Positions 12,076 to 23,382 of a stretch of DNA of 64,000 nucleotides are shown here, one piece after another. Source of the DNA: Naegleria gruberi. Lineage: Eukaryota. The notes below the pieces were generated by a model. The model did not search any database and had not been told where the DNA came from. It saw only the letters and a program-made list of their open reading frames with translations. Numbering within the stretch: position 1 is the first letter of the stretch; each line of letters begins with the position of its first letter. The DNA lies in the NCBI GenBank assembly GCA_000004985.1, contig GG738845.1; one strand, written 5' to 3'. The translations under genes and the position numbers were made by a program.

Positions 12076-12459
12076 TTACAAACTCTATTACCAATAAAAC
12101 CAAATATCTAAAAAAGATAATTTCTTAAAAGAGTTGTTGGTTTGATATTTTGTTTTTTGTAGAAAAACCAATCTCGTAAATATGAATGTTCATTAAGTCA
12201 AAATCAGAAACCTAAATCCTTTAAGACATGTCTATGAAGATATCTATTAATTGAATCAGAAGACCAATGGTTAAATTTACCTTTATCTTTGCATAAAATT
12301 ACATCTTGAGTTAATAAATTATCATTGTAATATTATGGTCAATTTTCACCAATCCATAGCCTTGGTAGATTGGTTTGGCCATAACTATTATATTAATAAC
12401 TTTCACTAAATACACTTTATTAAGGTGGAGAAAGAGTGACAAATTTTAAATATTTTGCT

Positions 12460-12850
12460 TTAAAAAAATGACACGTCAAATCCATCACATTTTATCTCAT
12501 CAAGAAAATCAAATTAATTCTTTTAAATGTGATTTGTTATTAATTATTAAACCCACTATTTTAATAACAAAAAGAAAAAGAAAATATTTTAATTTCAAAA
12601 TGAATCCGTTTTCTTTGCAATTTATTTTAGCATCCTCCATTGAGAGAATGGAAATATTACTTCTTCGAATTTGCAGAAGATATTGGTATAATATTAAAAC
12701 CAGACTGGAAAGGGTTTTTAATGGCGGGTTTTAAACATCTGCAATAATATACAAATGTTTAACTATATTTTCATTGAGAACCTTTTCACCTTTACGGCAA
12801 ACCAATACGACAGGTAAATCATATATTGTATCATACATGAGATGTTTATT
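12460..12850 (+). repeat. Repeat family R1, copy e
   Basis: Head atgacacgtcaaatccatcacattttatctcatcaag..., and tail block atcatacatgagatgtttattaagaccatg at about 12825. Confidence 0.8.
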
Positions 12851-14303
12851 AAGACCATGTAAAATTATTGCCTCTTATTGCCAAAATCGACAACAATAAA
12901 CAAACGAAAAGAGATTTCATTTTTTAAGTTGTTCTCTTGATTTGGCTCTTAATTACACTTTCCACATAATTGGTAGTATTTATAAAAGACATACTACTTG
13001 TTCGGCCTGTATTTGTTAATAAATGTCAATGCTTATTCCATTGCTCATGGAAGTATTTGCAAAAAGCACCTTCTTTGTCTGTGTTTTCCAAAGCCTCTAA
13101 AGTAAATGGAAACTGAAAACCCTTTTTCTTGAAACTCGTTTAATAATGAGTCACAAATATCCACACCTATATTGTAAATAGCTTTCTTGAAGATTGATTC
13201 TGTGATATCAACGATATCTTTAACACCTTCCAGTTTACCTCTGTGGTGATGTGTTTCCAATAGCAACCACCTGACCTTTACATAAATAAAAATAAACATT
13301 TTAAACCAAGTCGAAGAATACCAAGTTATAAATTGTTGAAATGGAATAATCTATTACAGATTTTGTATTTTGTGTTTGGTTATTACTTTGTACCTCTTTT
13401 GTTATATATTTTCACCTTCTTCCTGCGTTGTATGTTTTTTTGTATTACCTGTTTAGGTTAGGTTAATTCTAAAGCTCTATTCATATTCAGATTTTTCTTT
13501 TGGTTTGACTTATCCTTCAAATTGTGTTAGAGTTGTTTTATTTTTGCTACAAATAGAGTTAGTTTTGTAGCAAAGGTTAGGCCAAAAAGAAAGCTCTTGA
13601 TAAGGAAAGCTCTGTTGTTGAAGTTATACTGAATGTCCAAATGTGGAAAAATATGTGTTAAATTAGTGGGATGGATTTTGGATATTAATATACTCTGTAA
13701 ATCTCACTCATTTTGAATCCGAGTTGAATTAAAGTTGATATATTCTAAATCAATAACACTTTCCCAAAGGAAAAAACATAGTAATAAAATATTGAATTTT
13801 ATTTTATTTCATTATTTGCTCAATTTTATTCTATTTCAAAAAAAAGAATCCAAATACAGTGTTTTTCGTGTTTTGCATGTTTTTTCATGTTTTTTCAAAA
13901 ACGACTCTCACTGTCCCAACTTTTTGGATATTGGTGAATAAATAATCGGCAAAAAGCCAAAAGAAGAAAAAAGTTTATTTTTTAATTTTCTTATAAATAT
14001 TCGTAAAGTGATTTAAATGTATTCTTTGTTGATAATTACTCAAAACACAACACATTTCCAAATAATATTATCCAATCCAAGATTATGATTAACGAGGCAT
14101 CATTAAAAATCATTAACAAGAAATTAATGGCTCTACGTTAAGACCTAAGTTAAGCTGACGTTAACAGAAACAATTTATGAAAAGAAAAAAAAATTCAACA
14201 TAGTGAATGAACCGCCACCATTAATGGTGAATAGACTAATGTTACAGGAAATTAAGGAACCTCATCTTAATTCAATTTGATATTGTAACTTTCCTTTTCT
14301 TAG

Positions 14304-14454
14304 ACAGCGTCTTCATCAGATCCTCTCAAAATTAAACTATCACTTTCTGGAATGTCAACAATTAAAGAGTGGAATGTGAAACGATTTCTAATAATTTAAA
14401 ATTCCACTCTTTCTAACAGCATCACAAAAAATCATGGCAGTTTTTTTGTTTGAA
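14304..14454 (+). repeat. Repeat R2, copy 2
   Basis: See 10820-10966. Confidence 0.75.
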
Positions 14455-14545
14455 GTTGGAAGCCAGGATATTGATGTATAAATATTCTTTTGTTAACAAA
14501 AGAACAGAAAATTAGAAAATTGGCCTTTAATATGAGTTCTTTCCC

Positions 14546-15946
14546 TCAATCAGACTTTACCTTTTTTTGTTCAGGTTGTGATTCTACCATCAATTCTGTT
14601 CTTTCTCTCTTTTTAGACATTAATAATTCTTCAAATTCTTGACGGGTAATATTTGGTATTTGTTTGTCAATGGTTGGAGCACCATAGGAATAGAATTCAT
14701 CTTTTGAAATACCCAATACTTCCAAACATTGTTGGACAGAGGGTCTAAGCTTAATATCATGTAAGACCATTTTCCCAATTAGATTACAAATTGTATGATC
14801 ATTTGTCTTTTTCAACAACTCAAAATCAATGTATTTCTTTGTTTGTAAGGCAACCCCCAACATTTTAGCAAATACAAGTCCCAGAGAATAAACATCTGAT
14901 TTTGGTGTAATGTAATTTTTGTCCCTTTCTTTTTCTGGAGGATTGTAAGCGCTTGTTCCAGATGAGGACTGGATTATTCTCTTGTCTGAATCATAGCAAA
15001 TTTCATCCACTTGGTCATACCTCGCATATCGTTTGCAAGCTTCGAAATCAATGAAATAAGGATAATCTTGATAAACAATTATATTTTCTGGTTTGATATC
15101 ATTGTGAAGTACCTCATCTTCATGGAGAAAATAGAGTTGAGCTAATAGTTGGATCATCAGAGTGGTCTTATTAACCCCCTTATTCTTATCGATATATTCT
15201 TCAAGTGGTGTTCCTTTGTAGCTGACATCAGAATAATTTATATACATCTTTGTAACAAGATCACTATAACCAATCATTTCTGAATAATGTAATCTGAGCT
15301 GCCACAATTTGAATCCAGAATCTCTATCGTTGTTATATAATTTTACAATACACTTGTCTTCTGTGTTAACGATAGTTCCTTCATACAAAAGTTTGTCACC
15401 AGTATTAGCCATTTCTCTTTCAATTTGAATAGCAAACTTGATGGAAGCACTAACAATACATTGCACAACACTGCCAATTGGGAGGCTTCTATTAGGTTGC
15501 CCTTTTTGAGGACTTGTCAAATTTGATTTTTGAGATGTCTCCTCTTCAACTAAATGTTTACAAATAAGTTTTGTTATGGCAGATGCCATATAAGCAGAAG
15601 TAATCAAAAAATTACATAACGCAATTCTATCCTCTTTCTTCTGAGTGTTATACACGCCAGAAAGATACAATAAATAGTCAATACAAATAGTACGGTTGTC
15701 TGCCTTATATAAATAGGGCTTCAATGTCAATATTATAACTTGTGCTCCACTTGATAGAATTCCATGACAACAAATACAATTATGGAAATTGCACACGTTG
15801 TTAACAATACTGCCTCTAGTAGTTTGAGAAAGTATTAATCTCATTTGTGTGATAATTTTGAGAACGTCTGGATAATCTGATAGATTGTCCTCACTAGGTT
15901 TGTTTTCTTCAACAAAGGATAGCAAGAAATATTTGGAACCTGTCAC
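14546..15946 (-). CDS. Divergent protein kinase-like protein, possibly a pseudokinase. Its 5' end abuts the assembly gap.
   Basis: Catalytic-loop-like HNDIKPENIIV, DFE in place of DFG (DFEACKRY), and an APE-like SGTSAYNPPE. About 200 aa N-terminal of the kinase domain have no recognisable motifs. Confidence 0.6.
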   Translation of the reverse strand: MTGSKYFLLSFVEENKPSEDNLSDYPDVLKIITQMRLILSQTTRGSIVNNVCNFHNCICCHGILSSGAQVIILTLKPYLYKADNRTICIDYLLYLSGVYNTQKKEDRIALCNFLITSAYMASAITKLICKHLVEEETSQKSNLTSPQKGQPNRSLPIGSVVQCIVSASIKFAIQIEREMANTGDKLLYEGTIVNTEDKCIVKLYNNDRDSGFKLWQLRLHYSEMIGYSDLVTKMYINYSDVSYKGTPLEEYIDKNKGVNKTTLMIQLLAQLYFLHEDEVLHNDIKPENIIVYQDYPYFIDFEACKRYARYDQVDEICYDSDKRIIQSSSGTSAYNPPEKERDKNYITPKSDVYSLGLVFAKMLGVALQTKKYIDFELLKKTNDHTICNLIGKMVLHDIKLRPSVQQCLEVLGISKDEFYSYGAPTIDKQIPNITRQEFEELLMSKKRERTELMVESQPEQKKVKSD

Positions 15947-15992
15947 AATTTGTATTTCTTCGGGATTAGTTTCGGTTTGAGAGGCAAAATGC

Positions 15993-16476
15993 CGAGAGGA
16001 TTNNNNNNNNNNNNNNNNNNNNNNNNNNNNNNNNNNNNNNNNNNNNNNNNNNNNNNNNNNNNNNNNNNNNNNNNNNNNNNNNNNNNNNNNNNNNNNNNNN
16101 NNNNNNNNNNNNNNNNNNNNNNNNNNNNNNNNNNNNNNNNNNNNNNNNNNNNNNNNNNNNNNNNNNNNNNNNNNNNNNNNNNNNNNNNNNNNNNNNNNNN
16201 NNNNNNNNNNNNNNNNNNNNNNNNNNNNNNNNNNNNNNNNNNNNNNNNNNNNNNNNNNNNNNNNNNNNNNNNNNNNNNNNNNNNNNNNNNNNNNNNNNNN
16301 NNNNNNNNNNNNNNNNNNNNNNNNNNNNNNNNNNNNNNNNNNNNNNNNNNNNNNNNNNNNNNNNNNNNNNNNNNNNNNNNNNNNNNNNNNNNNNNNNNNN
16401 NNNNNNNNNNNNNNNNNNNNNNNNNNNNNNNNNNNNNNNNNNNNNNNNNNNNNNNNNNNNNNNNNNNNNNNNNNNN
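15993..16476. other. Assembly gap (484 N)
   Basis: A run of n characters. Confidence 1.
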
Positions 16477-17440
16477 AAAGACGAAAAGGAATTTAGAAAT
16501 CTTCTCCTTTCAACATCCGAAATATATACAATTGATCAAATTTGGCCTCTTGACTGTCTATGATGCTGACGAAGAGGAAGAAAATAACAATTCGAGGACG
16601 ATCTTGTTGGAATTGGAAAGAATTGGAGGAAGATACGGAAGTTGGTTTGTAGGAAATAATGTAATTTCAGATGGTAGGCCATATGTCTTTTCTCCTATGG
16701 ATGTTACCTTCTTGTTAATTGGAATTTTGGAGGAAAAGGTAGACAAGTCGGATGAATCACACTTTGATAATATGAATGATATAATTCCTTCAATAATTTT
16801 GCGAGTATCTGCTGTTAGAGACATGATTACCAATGTTTGTGATATTATGGAAGGTTTGTTTCTTTGAATCAATTTATTAAATTTTCCAAGTTGGTGACGA
16901 TTTATTTGTAAGATTGAGTGAGGAGAAAGTACTTGCTTGGATGATTGCCAAATCTAATGCTATTGTGGAACAAATAACTGAGAATGATAAATTGAGAAAT
17001 GTAATTGTTTCTCCTCAAGGATTCAAGAGAACTCTTAAAAGCAAGGATGCATCTGATGATAAAAAGATTAGAATGGAATCAATTCGATTCCTCTCTGAAT
17101 ATCTAGATAGAAAATGGGTTGAGAAATTGGCCACTCACTTTGAGTAAGTTTTCATGTGGATTGGAATTATATTTAACATTGTAGAGTTATTGAAGAAGTA
17201 TATCCAAGTAAAGGTGCTCTCTCTTCTACAACCTTTGCTAAATCACCAAAAGCACCTACAAATACAGCAGCTCTTGATTTCCTAGATGACTTGGAGGCTG
17301 TTGAAAAGAAGAGAAAGAGAAAAGAAGATGAGGAAAAGAGTAAGAAATCCAAAACACTGGATTCCAGAAGTGTAGCCAGTTTGAAGAAGGTCAATACCAA
17401 AGGTATGAAATCTTTGGATTCTTTTTTCAAAAAGAAATAA
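16477..17440 (+). CDS. Ribonuclease H2 subunit B homologue. Exons approximately (..gap..)16477..16853, 16891..17143, 17185..17440. It may begin upstream of the gap at 15950.
   Basis: The C-terminus KGMKSLDSFFKKK matches the RNase H2B PIP box (human MKSIDTFF). The internal SWFVGNNVISDGRPYVFSPMDVTFLLIG resembles the conserved RNase H2B core. Splice sites are gtttgt/..ccaag (37 nt) and gtaagt/..ttgtag (41 nt). Confidence 0.6.
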
Positions 17441-17742
17441 ATTATTGATTCTCCTTCTTTTAACAATTTATTGAAGACCTTATTATTGAAAATCAATTCA
17501 TAGTCACCATGGAAGAATCAGAAGTAAACGTAATGTAATGAGAAGAAAGTGGTTGCTGAAATTCACTTGATTGAACTATAAATTATTGAAGATAATATTT
17601 AACATAGTTTACCTATTTACTCGTTGTGTTGATCTATTCAATTAACTGCTAATCTGAAAGTTCAATAATTCAATTCTCTCTTCTCAAGGTTTCATTTTCC
17701 ATTGATAAACAAACATTTTTGATTCATAATCATCCCAACCAA

Positions 17743-18183
17743 TTATTTGATACTATTAATCTTGTCCTGAATATTACCCAAATCATGAACAGCATTCAGC
17801 ATGACAACTCTATTAGATTTAAACATTGAAGCCTTTGTGGCATTCCATTCAGGTCCATACTGATGAGCATGAGATTTAATGTATCGTTGCATTTCATCCC
17901 TTTCCGCAAAATTATGATTCAATAAAAGTCTTTCATATTGTTGTTTCATTGAGAGAATTTGTTCTTCCTTGTACATTTCAATTCTTGTCATGTGACTGAA
18001 AAAAGAGTAGGAAAGATAAAAGTATGAAACGGAAATAAATCCATACCACAGAATAGTATGGATTTGTATTGGACTTTTACGAAATTTCAACCATCCGATT
18101 TCACTGTGATTATCTACAAAGAGTCTTTTGAAAGTTTCATCATTTCCCGATAATGTTTTTAGCAGGGTATCTCTTATTTTCAT
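17743..18183 (-). CDS. Small single-TM mitochondrial protein, NDUFB5 (complex I SGDH subunit)-like
   Basis: KRLFVDNHSEIGWLKFRKSPIQIHTILWYGFISV parallels human NDUFB5 [28 protein letters not shown]. It has one TM helix followed by a charged C-terminal tail. Confidence 0.35.
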   Translation of the reverse strand: MKIRDTLLKTLSGNDETFKRLFVDNHSEIGWLKFRKSPIQIHTILWYGFISVSYFYLSYSFFSHMTRIEMYKEEQILSMKQQYERLLLNHNFAERDEMQRYIKSHAHQYGPEWNATKASMFKSNRVVMLNAVHDLGNIQDKINSIK

Positions 18184-18373
18184 TTTTTTTTAATTTAATA
18201 ATATTTGAATTGTTGATGGTTAAACATGTTTATCATTCATCAATTCGCAACAATCAGAATGTACTAGTGCACTCTCATCAATGAATTCTCCAAAGTTTTC
18301 TATTCTTCCCTCACTCCTAACAAAAACTTGTTTTTTAAATTTTTATTTATTTTTTTTCAATGTTGTTTAAAAA

Positions 18374-19874
18374 ATGAAGCAAAGCAAACTCATCAAATGT
18401 TGCCAAGGTATTGTCGTGCCAGGCAAAACATCAACCCTCTCACTCTTAACGAATAATACAAATCCTATCACAGAGTCCGTGATAACTAATAATTTACAAA
18501 AGAGATACATCAAACAAAGAAAGTTTAAAAATGTTATGGAAAATCCATTTGATATGGTCGAAGAATTTAAACAAAAACAAAAGAATGTTCAATCTTTGAT
18601 GGATGCTCCAGATTATACTGGTGTTACAGTACACGACAGTCTTGCACAACACAATCTCAAAAAGTATGAGGATGCTAAAGCTAAAGGAATTATTCCTGGT
18701 ACGTTCCGTTTTTAAATTAATTTTTATTTATCTTTTGATGAATAATTTCCTTACTTTGTTGAACACAATGTTTTTCATCAATTTTAACAACTCGCTACAC
18801 ACTTGGGTTTTTTCATCATCATTCTTCTAATATTTAATAATAATAATAGGTGAGGAATTGTTACAAGAAGAACCACAACATGCCGCTTGGGTTAACTTTA
18901 TGAAGGCTGCTAAACCAAAAGAAGGAGATTTTGTTATTGGTAAAAGTGTTCGTACAGGTGTCATTGCTCAAAAATTAGGTATGATCCCATTCTGGGATAG
19001 CTATCATGCTAGAGTTCCACTTACAGTCTTGCACATTCCAAAATGTCAAGTTGTTCAAGTTAAAACAAAGGAAAAGGATGGCTATACTGCTCTTCAATTG
19101 GGTGCTGGATCAATGAGTGCCAAGAAACTTACAAAGCCACTTTTGGGTCATTGTCAAAAGGCAGGTGTTGAACCAAAACATGTTTACACTGAAGCTAAGG
19201 TTACTGAAGATGCTATTTTACCAGTCGGATTTGAAATCACTGCTCGTCACTTTATTCCAGGTCAATTCATTGATATTTCTGGTCGTAGTAAGGGTAAGAG
19301 ATTTGCTGGTCCAATGAAGAGGTGGGGATTTGCTGGTCAACCGGCAACTCACGGTGTTTCAGTCGTCCACAGATCTTTGGGTTCTACAGGTACAATGATT
19401 AATAAGGTTTTCAAGGGCAAGAAAATGGCTGGTAGAATGGGTCACGAACAAATCACACAATTGAACTATTATGTTTATATGGTTGACGTTGAAAATAACT
19501 GTATCTATGTTAAGGGTTCCGTCCCAGGACCAAACGGTGCTTATTTATATTTGAATGATGCTAGTAGAAAGGATTTACCTTGCATTCCTCCATTCCCATC
19601 ATTTGTCGTTCCAGAAGGTGAAGATATTTCAACAATGGCTAGAGAACAATTATATTTGGAGGCTCCAGGTATCAAGCCTTACATTTGGGAAGCTATGGGT
19701 ATTACTAAGGAAGAAGTTGCCAGAGCTGAACGAGAAGAATTACCAAAGGTTCTTACTTCATCTGATGTTGCTTCCATTCAAACTGCTGTTGCTTATGAAA
19801 AGGAAATGACAGAAAAGAGAGCTAAGAGAAAGGCCAAGAGAGATTTGTACGAAGATGAAGATGATGACGAATAA
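18374..19874 (+). CDS. Mitochondrial ribosomal protein uL3m. Exons approximately 18374..18698 and 18850..19874.
   Basis: uL3 signatures include FIPGQFIDISGRSKGKRFAGPMKRWGFAGQPATHG, KVFKGKKMAGRMG and YVKGSVPGPNGAYL. It has an N-terminal presequence-like extension. Donor ggtacgt is at 18699 and acceptor aatag at 18849. Confidence 0.8.
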
Positions 19875-19980
19875 TTCATTAAAAACGATAAAAAAATATT
19901 AAATTTTGGAATATTAAATGTTTAATTAACAAAAATTGTTACAATTTAATTTTGTAAAGTTCATTAAAATATTAAAAAAA

Positions 19981-20784
19981 ATGACCACAACAAGAAGATT
20001 CACAGCTGATGACATGCTCAAATTCAACAATGTCAACCTTGATTACTACACTGAAACCTACAACATTCCCTTCTACTTTGAATATTTGGCAACATGGCCA
20101 GAATACTTTTACACTGTTGAAACACCACACGACGGAACTGTAATGGGATATGGTATGTTGTTAACAGTGTAATATGTGATCAATTTACATCTCTTATATT
20201 CTCTCTACTAATGGAAAACCATCTAAAATTTAATCATCATCACGATTAAATAATTTTCTTGAACAACAATTATTAATCAATGATTAATTATTATTAATCA
20301 TTATTAATTATTTACTATAATTATTGACTAATAACAATTATTCATATGAACACAACAATGATGATATTAATTATTTGGATGATCATTATGGAAATTAATT
20401 TTCGGAATTAAAGTTATGGGAAAAGTGGAAGGTGATAAACCAAGAAAGAAATGGCACGGTCACGTAACAGCCTTAACTGTAGCACCAGAATTTCGTCGTT
20501 TGGGATTGGCAAGGAAAATGATGGATTTATTGGAGGAAATTACAGAAAAGATTCACAAAGCCTACTTTGTCGATTTATTTGTTCGTGTTTCCAATAAGAT
20601 AGCTGTGGGAATGTATGAAAAACTTGGATACACAACCTATAGACGAGTGTTACAGTACTATTCAGGAAAACATGCAGAGGATGGATTTGATATGAGAAAG
20701 AGTACTGCACTAGATCCAGAGAAGAAGGCCATGATTCCACTAGGAAGGGACATTCATCCTGAAGAGTTGGATGCTACTCTATAA
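19981..20784 (+). CDS. NAA20: N-alpha-acetyltransferase 20 (NatB catalytic subunit). Exons 19981..20152 and 20414..20784.
   Basis: MTTTRRFTADDMLKFNNVNLDYYTETYNIPFYFEYLATWPEYF and WHGHVTALTVAPEFRRLGLARKMMDLLEEI...FVDLFVRVSN align closely with human NAA20. Donor gtatgt is at 20153 and acceptor aattaaag at 20413. Confidence 0.85.
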
Positions 20785-21238
20785 ATATATTTGTTCTGAT
20801 ATTACATCTAGAGTAATTTGGATTTTTTATGAAATCATTTCTAATGTGTGTATGTGTAGGTTGGATTGTTTCATCTCTTTACCATTTATGTAGGTTTGGA
20901 GATACTCATTTGAAAAACAAAGATATCTTGTTTATGAATTTCTTCCTAATCTAGATGATATCTTTATCGAGTTCAAAATGAGTTCGATTATTCTTCAAGT
21001 TATGAAATAACAAATTAATGACCTATATCTACAGTAATTATGATTCAGTTGATACAACAAAAGTTCTTCAATGTACTTTGCAACCAAGACCGAATCAAAG
21101 CACTAAACAGAACATTTCGAACAGAGTTACCTTGTTCAATAGACAGTTGACATTTGACAGCTAATCAACAAGGCATAGCCTACGGTCAAATAATTCAAGG
21201 CCATCACATAAAAAAAATTCTCAAAAACAACAATAACA

Positions 21239-22093
21239 ATGGCTGAATACAAGTTTGTCGTCTTAGGTTCAGGAGGTGTCGGTAAATCTGCCCTTACCAT
21301 CCAATTCATTCAAGGAAACTTTGTTGAAAAGTACGATCCTACCATTGAAGATTCATACAGAAAGCAAATTGAAGTCGATGGAAAGGCTTGTATGTTGGAT
21401 ATTTTGGATACTGCCGGACAAGAAGGTTTGTTTTTCAAAATAGTTTAGTTTCTAATAGTATTATTATTATTTAATTTATTTTGTTATCCATTATCATATT
21501 TTTTGGATAATGATGATGATGATGAAACTAACATTATTTGTTAATTTCAACATTCAAAATCGGTTATTTTTACACTTTGATTTTTATTACACCAACAACA
21601 ACAATAACAATAATTCGAATAATGATATGATGATAATAATATAATAACAATAGAATATTCTGCTATGAGAGATCAATATATGAGAACTGGACAAGCCTTC
21701 ATTCTTGTCTACTCCATCACCGATCCTTCATCATTCGAAGACTTGTTGACCATTCATGAACAATTGTTGCGTTCAAAGGATGCCGATGAAGTTCCAATTG
21801 TTTTGGTTGGTAACAAGTGCGATTTGGAGGAGGAACGTGCCGTTTCAAAGGACGAAGGAAAGTCAATGGCTGAAAAGTTTGGTGACCACTGTAAATTCTT
21901 AGAAGCCTCTGCTAAGGAATCTATCAATGTTGAAGAAATTTTCATGAGTTTGGTCAGATTGGTCGACAAGTTTGAAAATGGTGGCGGTGATGATGAAGGT
22001 GAAGAAGAAGCTGAAACAAAGAAGGACACTAAGAAGGATACCAAGAAGAAGAAGAAGAAGATTACTCTCCCAAAGAATTGTATGCTCTTGTAA
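21239..22093 (+). CDS. Ras/Rap-family small GTPase with a C-terminal polybasic stretch and CAAX (CMLL). Exons 21239..21425 and 21654..22093.
   Basis: [34 protein letters not shown] and [19 protein letters not shown] (identical to Ras switch II) span an intron. NKCDL and EASAK G-motifs are also present. The protein ends ...[16 protein letters not shown]. Confidence 0.85.
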
Positions 22094-22222
22094 ATTACTC
22101 TTCTTTTGAATCCTTTTGTAATTGTAGTACTATTTAAATAAATCATCATAATCCATTCATTCAAAACATTTCGAATTTATTGAAAAGAATTTCCAAGAAG
22201 TTTAAGTGAAAAGGCAATATGG

Positions 22223-23072
22223 TTAGTACTTGTATTGATAGGTAATTTGGCATTCAATGGCTTTAATTTCTTGCATGTATTCCTTTCTCATCTCAATATC
22301 ACGCATTAACCAATCAATGATAAATCTCAATAGTTTTTTACCATCACACCTCAATCCATACTTGATTTTTGTTGCGGCTTTAAGGAAGGTGATTAATGTA
22401 GTTGGAGAAAAGTTCAGTAATTCTTCTTGATTCGTCGAGAGAATTGCCTCAAAGTTCTTACTCATTTCCAATACACATGTTTGCAACATTCTATCAATGA
22501 ATGAATCTTGAACATTTAATGAGAGAATCAATTTGAAAACAGTAAAACAATTTGATGGCTTGATGTTGGTTTCAATATCGATCTGAATTGATTCAATCAA
22601 TCCACCCTTAACCATATACTGTAGAATGATGATTATAATTTGATAGAAAATTGAAATAATTATTCAATACTCGTCTTCTTACCTTTTGAGAAATTAAAAG
22701 CAAATTAATTGCTTGTTCTGTAGTAAATGAAATCTCACCCGAGTAGAAGAATTCAATTAATTGGAGTAGTGCTTCTTCTTCAATCAAATCATTAACAATC
22801 CATTCATCATTCTGTACAAAAGATGTAGACTCCTCAATTATTGTATTTTCAGCAAGATTACTGGTAACCTCAACAAATTCCTCATCTCTTTCCACCTCCT
22901 CTTCAATAGGATTGAATAACCGATCAAAGAATTCCGAATGAACAGAGAGTATACCCTTCCATACGAAAATCTTCCTTTTCAAATTTACGAACACAATAGT
23001 AAAATCCGAATAATTTGGATTATTATACAAGTGCTTAAATCTTGATCTGTGATCCTCCTTAAATACAACCAT
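22223..23072 (-). CDS. BTB/POZ-domain protein. Exons 23072..22683 and 22618..22223.
   Basis: BTB core DFTIVFVNLKRKIFVWKGILSVHSEFFDRLF...LIEFFYSGEISFT. A donor GTAAGA and acceptor CAG on the minus strand, 64 nt apart, join the two ORFs in frame (…ISQK|YMVKGG…). Confidence 0.6.
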
Positions 23073-23382
23073 GATGATTCCTATTAACTATATATCGACT
23101 ACAATTGTTTGATATTTTCTTTAATAATGTGCTGTTATAACACGAGACAAAACAACTCCAATCGCTCTCTCCTAATATTATTTAATAAGAATTGAAAGGT
23201 TGAGAGATAAAGATGATGATTGTGTCTTTCAATATTTACAGCGAATTATTAAGGGATGCCGACAAGGGGTTTTTTATTTTTATAATGATGATTTATGATA
23301 ATTATCGCGCTGATTATCTGAGCATAATTTGGTGTTTCTTAATTGTGTTGAGCAATATATTCAATATTTATTAATACTATTA

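Noticed and set aside
13045-13299. An 84-aa minus-strand ORF in the repeat island
   Set aside because: It is isolated, has no recognisable motif, and is embedded in repeat-derived sequence. Most likely it is a transposon fragment or a chance ORF.
15993-16476. The N-run as a biological feature
   Set aside because: This is an assembly gap. I noted it only because it truncates the kinase-like gene and sits inside the RNase H2B locus.
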